A DNA stretch of 64,000 nt from Amoebophrya sp. A120 (Eukaryota; Protista; Dinoflagellata). The DNA is taken from contig CAJINV010000015.1 of the NCBI GenBank assembly GCA_905178155.1, forward strand, positions 2,072,110-2,136,109, written 5' to 3'. Under the pieces are notes generated by a model that saw only the letters and a program-made list of their open reading frames with translations, was not told the origin of the DNA and did not search any database. The translations under genes and the position numbers were made by a program. This document shows positions 39,901 to 50,668 of this stretch, piece by piece; position 1 is the first letter of the stretch, and each line of letters opens with the position of its first letter.

Positions 39901-42900
39901 CACCGTCGGTATGGTCCGAGCGAAAAACGTCTTCCACTTTGGGTCGTAGACCTCGTGCTTGATGAAATTTGGACACTCCGTCACTGTGGTTTGCACTTGT
40001 GTCGTGGATGGAGAAGTAGAAGCTGCCCCGAAAACTTTTGATTTCCTGTAAGGCAGGTTGTCCAGGACTTCCTCGTTGTTTAACTCTCCGTATGCTGTAT
40101 GGCAGGAAAAAACTGGTGTTCCACTGTGAACTACAACTCGTGATGCAAAGAGTGCCTCACACACTGGCTGCGCAAGTGTTTGTCTTGCTAGTGATGCAAG
40201 CCACAAGGTAACAACTTTTAGCCGTGTTTACTTCCAAGATGGGAAAAAATGACAGAGCATGCCAGATTTTCTATGTCACGCGTAACGTCAAACTTTCGAT
40301 GGTGTAGACCCTACTGCAGCATCAAAATCATCACAGTATTAAACAGGTTCATTTATTTTTGTTCGATATTCCCAGAGTTGGCAGCACGCGTCTCGGTTGT
40401 AGAAATTTCCGAATGATTCCTTGAAGGCGGCGAGGAGCGGGTCGTTGGTGTCTTGCATCACAGCTTGATCGCCAGGAGTGCCGGTGCCATTACAAACTAG
40501 CTCCTTACAGTAAACCACATCCGACGCGCCGACGTTGGAGAAGAGGAATTCCAACTATCCAGGAAAAAACACGACCCATCCCCAACATCCAATTTGTCAT
40601 GCAAAACGCGCAGGAGTTCCAATGTTTGTCATGCAGAAAATGGATGGGAGTACGTGTTTTTTCCTGAGAAGTACCAATTCCGACTCCAAGTTCTTCACTT
40701 TCTTCTTCATAGACAGAAACCCATGATTCCCAAACTCGTCTAGCGCGTACGCCTGTACCAGCGGCCATTGCTCGATGGATTTCCCGAAGACCCCGACGGA
40801 TTTGGTGTAGGCTGTATGATTTTTTCTGAATGTGATCAAGTCGTGAGGAGGACTCAGCTGGAGGTGATCGTGATTCTAGTACAACAAGCATGACAAGACT
40901 AGCGCATCCATCATGCGATGTTGAATCCCGCACGACAAAAAAAACTCAACTTTAACTCTAACTATATACCTTCCTTCGTCGGCAACACCTGGCTCCCGGG
41001 CTGCTCCGCGCCAAACCCTTCCGGATAGTTCAGCGCCTGGATGAAGGCCTTGATTTTGATCAAATCGTAGTCGTCCCCCAGTTTCCCTTCCCTGTACCCC
41101 TTCGGATCGTTCAGAAACTTCTCGTTGATGCACTCCAAGCGGCAGCTCCACTTATTCTCGCTTGCGTTGAAAACTTCCAGGTTGGGCCACAGACACATCA
41201 TATGAAGTGCAAAAGTGTCGTGCTTTGCATTTATTGCTCTAGTAGTTGTGATTGCATTACAAATTAGCTCAGCACGAAAGAGACGTCAAACGGAATTTCT
41301 CATGCTGATTTAGCTTAGGTCAGCGTTATTTGTCGTGCATGCTTGCAATTACAACTACGACGACGATATTTTTGCACAGGATACATCACCTCATGCAGCT
41401 GCTCCGCGATGGTGTGATTCGGGGCGAAGACGAACGTTTTGGACATGTGCAGGATGTATCAAATGTAAAAATGTCTGGGTCTGGAAGAATGCAACTTGTC
41501 ATGCTAAATCTGAAGCATGCAAAAATCTGTGTTGCATGACTACAGCCGTTCAGTTTTGACCAAGTCGGGAGGAAGTTTCTCATGCAGGATAGGCATGAGA
41601 GAGATCGCGCAGAATCTGTCATGCTAGGTCCTGCATTCCAGACCTCATGGGTCACTCATGGAAAAGCTGCATGACAAATCGCGCATTGTTCCGGACCCAG
41701 ACATTTTTACAATCCATAGGATGATAAAAACCTATGAGAGTGCACAACTCGTCCCCCTCTCGTCCCTTACTTGTCATGCAAAATATTACCAAATCCACGC
41801 CCTGCCTCTTGGCACTGTTTGCATGGCAAGTTCTGGCAGCGTACATAGCACGACAAGAGCCCTGTTCAAATTTGTGATGCAAAAACTACACTCTTACTGA
41901 CGCTTGTCTTGCTGTTCATGCCGTACAAATGAGGCGGAGGAGGAGTTCTCGTGCACTCGGATAAAACCTCATCCCAATCCGTCGTGCACGAGCCGAAGAG
42001 GTTTTTGAAGGTGTTTGAAGATCCCCCGGTAGTTCCAAAAATACCCCCACCGACATAATTCTCCCCGTCCTTATCCAATGCAAATATGTCTGGGTCTGGA
42101 AAGAACCTGTGATGCATGTCAGTGAATGGAAGCCCAAGCATGTCTGTGCATGACAGATTTTTCCGTGCTGGCTTCGTGTTGCGTATTCTGCATGACAAAC
42201 AGCGTTCTTGCATGACAGACAAGAGGAGCTCTTGCTGCCCGCGCAAGACACAGCTCAGCGTCACACTCACAACATGCCAGACTAGCATGACAAATCTCGC
42301 ATTCTTCCAGACCCAGACATATTTGCAATGCACAGTCCTTCTCCTCATCTTCGCCTTCCTCCTCTGTGCTTATGCTGTGCAGAAGTATCGTACTCGTACT
42401 AATTGCAAACATGCATTACAAATGTTTTTCCTAAGGCAAAACAGCATGACAAATTCCACTTTCCTTCTTGCCAAAATTTGTGATGCAATTTAATATACTA
42501 GTACGATACTTTAGCAATGCATAGTGCTTTCCGTCAGCCCAAATTGCTCGTCAAAATCTGCCCACGGATCGTTATGTATTGCAAAAGTGTCTGGGTCTGG
42601 AAAGTTGGAACCTGTGATGCTACCTTTGGACTCTACATAAAATCTGTATTGCATGAACAGCATAAGAGGTGCAAATTGCGCTACACGGAGAGGGCATTTC
42701 TCATGCGGTATGAGCATCAAAAATCCCTCGCAGAGGTTCTGATGCTAGGGCATGCATCACAGACCTCGTGGGTCATGGAATATCTGCATGACAAACTTCT
42801 GCATTCTTCCAGACCCAGACATATTTATGTGCATTTGATAATCGTCCTCTCTGCTCAATTTCGGCTGCGGGGCCGGTTTCGCTTCTTTCACGCCGATCTT

Positions 42901-45900
42901 CTCCGCGTCCTTCAAATTATAGGGCTTTTTGTGGACGAGAGCGGTGGCTGCACTAATTCCATTTCCAGACGGAAGAGCAGACTGATGATTTCCTCCATTA
43001 CAACTCGTTCCGAAGGGAATGTCATCGTAGCTGAGCTCCTCCAAAATCAGGTCCGGCCCGGTCTTCCCGAGTAGCGAGTAGAGAAAAACCAGCTCTTATC
43101 GCAAGAAAAAACTGTTTCACTGTGAACTTGTGATGCATAGAATGGAAGACAGGACTATTTGTCTTGCTACACCAGCAAGACATCTGATTTTCAAACGTGT
43201 TCTCACTTGGGAAGCGAGCATGGCAAACAAGGTCAGGGCACGGGGGCGGGGGCCCCCGTGCAGCGACCTTCCCGACATTTGCAGGACGTGGCGCACGTAG
43301 ATACGTGGACAGCACGCCAGAAATTTCGAAACTTTGAGCTTGCTACCTATACTGAAAGCAAGAGGCCGGCCGCAGAGTCCCCGCGCTGACCTGCGGCGTT
43401 TGCGCCTGGGCCGTACGGCTCCCGGGAATCGCTTCCATCCAGCTGGCCCCTAGGTCATGACGCGGGGACAGAGTCCACACCGCGCTGACCTAGGGCTTTT
43501 GCCCCGGGGCCGTGTTCGGGAAGGGGAAGCGCTTGCAGCTGGCCCCTAGGTCATGGCGCGGGGACAGAGTCCCCGCGCTGACCTAGGGCTTTTGCCCCTG
43601 GGCCGCACGCTCGCTGTCCGGGAAGCGCTCAAAGCTGGCCCCTAGGTCATGGCGCGGGGACAGAGTCCCCGCGCTGACCTAGGGCTTTTGCCCCTGGGCC
43701 GCGCGCTCCCTCGCTGCCTGTCCGGGAAGCGCTTAAAGCTACCTAACCCCTAGGTCATGGCGCGGGGACCTGTCCCCGCGCTGACCTAGGGCTTTTACCC
43801 CTGGGCCATGCGGTGTCCGGGCCGGCAGGGTGGGCCCGTGACCACTAGGTAGCCCCTCCGTCATGTGGTGACGCTCGCTGGGACAGGGTCTCCCCGTTTG
43901 CCTAGGGGTTTGGCGCCCGGGCCATGGGGTGTTCCCTCCGGGATGCAGGCGCCCAAAGCTCGCCCCTCGGTCATGGCGCGGGCGCAGAGTCCTCGCGTTG
44001 GCCTTGGGCACTTGCCCGGCCGGCCGCGGGCCGTGCCAGCCTGCGGTGCCCGGGAGGCGCTCTCACATGTTTGGACGTGGCGCCACCGCGGGGGCCCATG
44101 CCCACATGGGGGCGGGACCGCCTACGGGGGTTCGGGAGATCCGCCTCCTGGAATGTTTGCGCGCCCGTCGCTCTCTGTGCCTGCGTGTTTGCGCCAAGCG
44201 GGCCCACTGCTGTGCTTGGTCTGGAATAAAAGCCGACGCGCCCGGCGTTCTTGGCCTGGGTGGTGGCGTGTATGAATAGAATAAAAGGAGCCCCCTGTGG
44301 CCCTTCTTTCCGTGTTATTTCTGTGCTATCTCTGCAGAAAAGCGCAGGGCCCATAGATACGCGCCCACCTTTCATTCTCAGTCGGGCGCGCGCTTGTTTT
44401 GTCGGCGCAGAAAAGGCACCCGCGTGGGGCTTGGTAGATCGGCGCGCCCGGAATGTCTACGCACGGGGCAAACCAACAGCAAACACATCCCAAGGCACGG
44501 CGGCGAGTGGGTTCGCGGGGTCCACCCCCCCGAGTGGGCCTGCTTATCTTTGTTGACACTCGCTGGCCATGCCATTCGGAGTCGCGTCCGAACGCGCCCG
44601 GGGTCTGTTCGGGGACGATGTGTCCGGCTTGTATTTCCCCGAGGTGTGTTCGGGAGTGTGCCCCGGGGTTTGCCTGGGGTGTGTCGGATGTTTGTGTGTG
44701 TGTGTGTGTCGGGGGTGTGGGCCGGGGGTGTGTCTGGGGTGTGTCTGGGGTGTGTCTGGGGTGTGTCTGGGGTGTGTCCGGGGTGTGTTCGGGGTGTGGG
44801 TTGTAAATTGCAAATCACGATGCTACGCACCCACTTTGCATACCCCAGAACACACCCCAAAGCTTCAGCAGTTCTTGTCGGGGGGGTGTGTCGGGGGTGT
44901 GTCTGGGGTGTGTCGGGGGTGTGTCTGGGGTATGTTTTGGGGTGTGGCCTGCAAATTACGAATCCCGATGCTATGCAGCCACTTTGCATACCCCAGAACA
45001 TACCCCAAAGCTTCAAAAGTTCTGGTTTGCTGCAGTCTAAATAGTAATTGTCCGTGTCATGTGTAGCAAACTTGTGATGCAGATCTTGCAAGATCATCAC
45101 AGTGAAACCTTTTTTTCGCGAGATAGCTCTGATCCCCGGTGGCTTCTCCCATCACTGCCAATATCAAATGTAAAAATGGCTGGGTCTGGAAACTTGTGAT
45201 GCTGCGTGGCGTCTCATGATGAGGCCACAAATGCTGGCTCAGCATGAGAAGTTTCTGAGCTTCTACGTGTTGCCTATTCTGCATGACAAACTGCGTTCCT
45301 GCATCACAGAAAAATGGAGCTCTCGGGTAACGTGCATGACAGATTTAAGAGTCATGCCAGACAAGCAAAAGCATGACAAACATGCATTCTTCCAGACCCA
45401 GACATTTTTGCATTTGATAGCCAAGGAGGATGATCAATGCGTCGTCGTTATCCTGAGCCAAAACGTCGTCCCCACGACCCAGTAGTTGTCAACATGCAGA
45501 TCTGCATCATGCTAAGGAAGTCTGTCATGCGGAACCCCATGAAGGGCATTTTCTGATGGCTTTGTAAAAATTGCTATGCTAGAATCAGGATGAGCAGATC
45601 GATTTGTGTTGATGCGGCTTCACTACAACTAGCTCCTTCTGAACGCGATGTATTTTACACTGCACGTGCAAGCGAAAAGTTGTCATGCGCAACAGCCAAA
45701 CCTCGTTCGATTTGTGTTGCTAAGTTTCCAACTTGAATCTGGGGTACGGATGGACGTTTTCACACGGAATAGCAGTCGGCATCGAGGCGGAGTTGGTGGA
45801 GTGCGTAGCATATGAACTGCAAAAGTATCGTGCTCGTATTGCAGTCATGCATTACAAATCTTGTTCTTACACTAAATCCGCATTACAAATTTTATTTTTC

Positions 45901-46024
45901 ATGCTGAGGAAATTTGTAACGCATTTATACTTACGAGTACGATACTTTTGCAGTTCATATAGCACCGGTTCCGAGAGGACACCGGGTCCAAAAATTTGAA
46001 AGCCTTCTTGGTACTGTCGGTCAT
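33958..46024 (-). CDS. DNAAF9: Dynein axonemal assembly factor 9 (C20orf194/Shulin) homolog; 22 introner-type plus 2 GT-AG introns
   Basis: Reassembled motifs DALIILLGSDGRSHRGS, WPNLEVF, IKIKAFIQAL, IEQWPLVQAYALDEFGNHGFLSMK and C-terminal LPDGWHFDGDYYVNFQG...HP match the recalled DNAAF9 sequence in order. Confidence 0.85.
34793..35054. mobile_element. Introner element family A (262 bp)
   Basis: DR CCGGC/CCGGT. Confidence 0.92.
35110..35335. mobile_element. Introner element family D (226 bp)
   Basis: DR TCGGA. Confidence 0.92.
36092..36356. mobile_element. Introner element family A (265 bp)
   Basis: DR CGTGT. Confidence 0.92.
36414..36799. mobile_element. Introner element family I with nested 206-bp insert (36507-36712)
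   Basis: DR GGGGT/GGCGT; insert flanked by 16-bp duplication AATGCTATGCATGACA. Confidence 0.88.
37019..37287. mobile_element. Introner element family A (269 bp) with mismatched flanks
   Basis: Near-perfect TIR; flanks CGAGT/CAAAC; removal plus 5 bp restores frame. Confidence 0.9.
37358..37631. mobile_element. Introner element, D-related (274 bp)
   Basis: TIR TAT.ACCTGCTCA; DR GTGGA. Confidence 0.88.
37685..38012. mobile_element. Introner element family G (328 bp)
   Basis: Homologous to 21890-22195; DR TCGGC. Confidence 0.92.
38049..38201. mobile_element. Introner element family B (153 bp)
   Basis: DR TCGCA. Confidence 0.92.
38378..38685. mobile_element. Introner element family C (308 bp)
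   Basis: DR TCCCA. Confidence 0.92.
39478..39633. mobile_element. Introner element family B (156 bp)
   Basis: DR CCCCA. Confidence 0.92.
40098..40368. mobile_element. Degenerate introner-type intron
   Basis: TAT...ATA ends; DR lost; frame restored (WEYGELN). Confidence 0.6.
40556..40673. mobile_element. Introner element family F (118 bp)
   Basis: DR CCAAC/CCAAT. Confidence 0.88.
41201..41383. mobile_element. Introner element family B (183 bp)
   Basis: DR CATCA. Confidence 0.9.
41457..41718. mobile_element. Introner element family A (262 bp)
   Basis: DR GGATG. Confidence 0.92.
41733..41963. mobile_element. Introner element family H (231 bp)
   Basis: Homologous to 23719-23946; DR AAACC. 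Confidence 0.9.
42072..42334. mobile_element. Introner element family A (263 bp)
   Basis: DR GTCCT; right end ACA. Confidence 0.9.
42371..42523. mobile_element. Introner element family B (153 bp)
   Basis: DR GTGCT. Confidence 0.92.
42573..42840. mobile_element. Introner element family A (268 bp)
   Basis: DR ATCGT. Confidence 0.92.
43372..44000. repeat. Hairpin repeat with ~96-110-bp period
   Basis: CCTAGGTCATGGCGCGGGGACAGAGTCCCCGCGCTGACCTAGG in 4 near-full and several partial copies. Confidence 0.9.
44640..44945. repeat. GGGGTGTGTC(T/G) 11-bp minisatellite in two duplicated blocks
   Basis: Direct reading of the sequence. Confidence 0.9.
45162..45419. mobile_element. Introner element family A (258 bp)
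   Basis: DR GCCAA. Confidence 0.92.
45483..45771. mobile_element. Degenerate introner-type intron
   Basis: TAG...ATA ends; internal TGTCATGC motifs; frame restored (DCSWDDVL). Confidence 0.6.
45811..45959. mobile_element. Introner element family B (149 bp)
   Basis: DR TAGCA. Confidence 0.92.
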
Positions 46025-46359
46025 GTTCTTGTGGGCTCAGTTTTTTTTTTTTTTACTGTTGGTTCTAGAACAGGGTGAAATACTGCGGTCACGAAAATTT
46101 ACAGAGAATGACGAGAAATAACGCTAAAAGACCATCCTGCTCGTCGGAATAACCACCGGCAACTTGTTCATCTACGGACCGCCCCACAAATTATAGCTCT
46201 TTTGCTTGGAGGATTTGCAAAAAATCTCTCTCATATCTCGTCTTTTTCTCACTCTCACATTATTTCCAAAGACATTTCCAGTACTCGCAAGCGCCTTTTC
46301 GCTTACCTGCTATAGTACAATGGTCGTGAATAAATTGGCTCACTTTGAGGAGGGTAGAT

Positions 46360-49300
46360 GCAGGCATGCGAAACTTTTTGCTCGAAGCCTTCGCTTTGGA
46401 CCAATCACTTTGGACTTCTTGCTGCGAGAACTCAGTCGCACGACTCAGTTATGGCTTACTGCTAAAGGTGAACAACGAACTACCCCCTGCTCGTCCCCCG
46501 CCACTGAGATAAAATTAAAAACAATTCCAATTCCTCTAAATCGAAAATAAATCCTGGAAGAACTACTTGTGTCGCCTGGGCCTCTGGTGCCGTGTGGTTC
46601 CGGAAGTGGATCAACATGCGGCGCCGTGAACAAACATGAAATGAAGCAGTATATCCTGTGCAAAAGTATCGCACTCGTAGTAATTGCAAACATGCATTAC
46701 AAATCCAGTTCCTAAGCAAAATCCGCATTGCAGATTTCGTTTCTCATGCTGAGGAAATTTGTGAGAGCGGGGTAACAAAATAAAAAAAGAGGGCCGCGGG
46801 GAACCTCTTGTCCACCCGGCCGGGTGGACAAGAGGTTCCCCCCTTTCGCTGCCGGAGCGGCCGGCTCGCAGAGGTCCCCGCCCCCGCGTCGCCATGTCGG
46901 ATCTCCCCCCTCGTCGTCGTCCGCCGCTCGCCGGGTGCGGAGATCCGACGTGGCAACGCGGAGGGGGACCTCGGCGAGCCGGCTGCCCCGGCAGCGAAAG
47001 GGGCAACATTTATACGAGTATGATACTTTTGCAATGCCTACAGTATGTACAAGGACAACAGTTAAGGTTAACAAGAGCGCAGCACTGCTCGCCAGTTGAG
47101 ATGAACTACCCGCCCGCTCAAGAGGAGCGACCAACTACTGCAGGTGCTATTGACACTTCTACACCGAACTCAAGAAATCTTCTTCTAGATGAGCGCCATG
47201 CTTCATCTGGGTCGTGAAAGTCTTCTCTTTCATACCAAACGAAAAAATCCACCACAGCCAAAATTTCAAATTTTTTCTTTTCCGATTGGACTGGCAGCTG
47301 CGGGTGCTCGAGCTGGAGCACTCTTGGTCTCCTGCGTGTTCCCTGGCCGGAGCGAGGATTGCGGGGGACTGGACCTGCAGGCGACCTCCCCAACCAACGC
47401 TGCGCTGCCGAAATAATGGCGGCCTGTCAAACTTAAGAAACTTACCACAGGCAAAAAGCGCGGGAAGTGCGAGGGGCCTGTAGCCCTTCCGACTAGGGCG
47501 ATAGAAGGGTGTCAGACAGAAAAACGAGACGGCCCCCAGAGGCTGCCAGGTGCGGTTTTCCCGCCTTCGGCCTTACGGGCCAGCAGCTTCCCCAAAAATC
47601 CGCCACACCAGACAACTGCACACCTTCAGGAGGTGTCCGGTGCTGCTGTGGCGGATTTTTGGGGAACCCTTCCGCCGATGCTATGGCCTTCCCCCAAAAA
47701 TCCGCCACAGCAGCACAGAGCACCCCGTTGGAGCACCCCTCAACAGGCTTACAATCTGCCTCACTTGCCTACTATGCAAGGCAGGCACTTTGTGGGTTGC
47801 ATTTTATGCATCGCAAACTATTTGTTCAACTTTGACGATTTCGATCCTGACAGTTCCATAACCTGCACCAGAACCGTCTTCCAACAAGGAGCCCTGCGCC
47901 CACGCCTGCAGGTCACCCGATTGTTCCGATTGCGCCAACGTCCGCACTTGCTCTGTTGTAGCTGCGTCAAGATCTTCCGTTTGCTCATCGTCAACATCAT
48001 CTTCTGCTCGGCGGCGGGACAAGAATTTCCTGGTTTGATGTTTCGAGGGCCTCGGCGTCTTCATCGTGTGTAAAAACGTGCCCATTCCAGAACTGTCATG
48101 CAGATTTACCATAGCGGGAACGTTTGTGATGCGGCATTTCCAGTCGTTTGTAGGAATTTGCATGCGAAACTTTTTGTTCCAAGCCTTCGCTTTGGACCAA
48201 TGACTTTGGGCTCCTTGATGCGGCAAGAACTCAGTTTCCACAACAAATCTTCATCTTCTTCTAGATGTTGAGTGCCATGCTTCATCTCAGTCATGAAAGT
48301 CTTCTGCTCTTTCATCATCTGCATTTTTGGAAAAGTGTCTGGGTGCGACAAGAATTCTTGCACAAAACTTCAAGTTCAATCTTCGAAGATCAGCATAAGA
48401 AAACAACCTCGACCTGGAGCTGGACCTCCAAGAAAATAGGTACTATAAACACGACGTTGCAGAGCTACAAAGTTGGAAGTATACCGGTATGAAATGACCC
48501 AGCAGCGCCTTCTTCGCGGTGTTATTGTTCAACGGGCCGAGAGGTCCTAGTACCGATATCAGGATTTCTGACAAGAACCCCTCGACGGAAAAAGGGGTGA
48601 CCGACTCAGACAGCAAAAAAAGTGGACGACGAGTTCTTGCAGCACTAGTAGAAGTCAAGTGGAAATCATGATTTGCAATAGTAGAAGTCGACGACTTCAT
48701 CTTGCACTAGTGGAAGTGGTGAACGAGTTGCACTCGTCACACAAAAACCGAAGAAACCGCGTGGAAGTTGTAGCTGTAGATACCGAGTAATTTTGAAAAA
48801 TAAAACTCCACAAGATGTCTTGACTCATCTCGTCGAGTGCAAGTAGGTCGTGGCTCTACTTGATGTGTCTGTGTCCGGTTTAATATTGTCTATAATACCT
48901 GGACCTGTTCTTGTGACCGGACGAGGTAGATCTAGATCCGCTTCCGTTCGTACTCAAAAATCCGCTGCCAGAAGGCTCGCGCAAGGGCCAACCTGGGGCA
49001 CATACAAACACACAAAAATCGGAAGAAGCGATGGCATTGAGCGCTCGGAACTATCCCAGCCGGAGGCCCTACAGGCCCGGTCGCTGTGCATCACCTTCCG
49101 CGCGCGGCCCAATAGCGACCACGTGGCTGGCAATATTGCTTCACAAAGGCGACGGATGGGCTACATGGAAGTCCCTTCTTGCCATTTCTGACCCACCCCG
49201 GGCTTGGGCCTCGCGCTAAGGTCTCCCGTCCACTTGGCTTTCTGCTGACTCTTTCTTGGAATTTTTTTGGATTTCTGAGAACTTTTTCTCGGAATTCTGT

Positions 49301-49700
49301 TGGAATTTTTCTTGGATTTTCTGGAATTTGTCGGGAATTCATTTGGAATTTCCCCAGCCACGACGCTATGACGAAATTCCAAAAAAAATTCTGACAAATG
49401 TCAAACAAAAGGTTGACAAATTTCCAACAAACGTCAGACGCGAATGCAACAGGCCCGCGACCTTGGTCGCAACCTAGGTCGGGACCAGGGTCACACAATA
49501 CCAAAGGACGAACAAATACCCCAAATCTGCGCCATGCTTCATCTCAGTCGTGAAAGTCTTCTCCTTCATCTTCTGCATTGGAAAACAAGTGTCTGGGTCT
49601 GGAAATCTGCAATACTGATCGCTCCCTGAGTAGAAGATGCTTACTTCCATAAGTAGTCTAGCATGACAAAGTTTTAGCTGGAAGATTGTAAATAAATGAA
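46360..49700 (-). pseudogene. Rearranged partial duplicates related to the 50669-55392 gene, mixed with element fragments
   Basis: 47863-48160 matches 52290-52424 plus 52681-52846; 46385-46435 matches 48181-48235; 47176-47230 and 49530-49590 match 48250-48345; half elements at ~47730-47860 (C) and ~49575-49680 (A). Confidence 0.65.
46652..47040. mobile_element. Introner element family B with nested fold-back insert (~46765-47005)
   Basis: DR CAGTA; insert is a 42-bp perfect palindrome plus a ~165-bp imperfect hairpin. Confidence 0.85.
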
Positions 49701-50173
49701 TGTGATACAAAATGAAAATCGAAAGTCACTGTTGTAAAAAGTAAATAAAAGAGTCGTAGTCATTGAATGCTTCAAGACGAAAGAATTGAATAGAGCAAAT
49801 AGAAAAAGTAGAATATGAAATCGAATGGAAGAATATGTTGAAGTTGAAAATCAAAATGCTTCTGTAATAATAGTAAACAAAATTGAATATGAGTTTGAAA
49901 TTTAATTTCCGAAAGATACAGAAACAGACGGAAGGCGTCGTGGAATAAACGAAAGCATTCTTCTTCTTCTTTCTTGTTCATGATGTCCATCTTTCCTCCC
50001 TGCTCTTCTCTTTCCCTCCACTTGAATGCTTGTGCTTGCTCTTCTACTTGCTGTTGCTTCAGCTGCTCCCGCAGAGGAAGGAACATATAAAAAAATAGGC
50101 AATAATTTTTTTTTCGAAAAGCAGCATCCTCACTCACCGTTGTCGTACTTTTCTGCACGGAAGGCAGTAAATG

Positions 50174-50502
50174 TATGGAAGCGTCAGGTTTGAAATCGTC
50201 AAAGTTGAAATAATTTGTAATCCATAAAATGCCTTAGCCTTTTCCAAGCTGGAACCCAGTTTCTTCCAAGTGGCGCGTGACGACTTTCGGCGGTCCCTAA
50301 ATCCAGTTTGTCATGCTGTTTAGGCAAAGAAAAGTGATTTTCTCATGCTACTTTAGCAGCTCGAGCTGTAACGACCCCAAACAGGCTTACAATCGGCGCC
50401 ACTTGCCTGCTCTGCAACACACGTACGTACCTCGGGCCATGCATTTTATGCGTGCCAAATTATTTCAAGAACTGTGTCGATTTCAATCCTGACACATCCA
50501 TA
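50174..50502. mobile_element. Introner element family C (329 bp), outside CDS
   Basis: DR AAATG/AAATA. Confidence 0.88.
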
Positions 50503-50668
50503 AAATAATGGCTGAAGACGCTACAGCTACAACTGGTCGTGACCAAATGTCGCGGAAATTCGTGCTCACAACCTCCATCTGCAGCTATAAGGTGGATTTA
50601 TTTCACCGTGTTAGAAGTGCTCCTCATCTTCCTTCGTCCGTTCAAAGGTGGTTTTGCTTTTGGAGAAG

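Larger units (their letters stand above)
43097..45125. mobile_element. Introner element family E with ~1.8-kb nested insertion (~43229-45045)
   Basis: The two halves match 14572-14780 in reverse orientation; DR GCTCT; frame restored (GSELVFLY). Confidence 0.9.

Noticed and set aside
49250-49400. GGAATT/GAATTT-rich tract as a structured repeat
   Set aside because: Low-complexity sequence with no fixed period.
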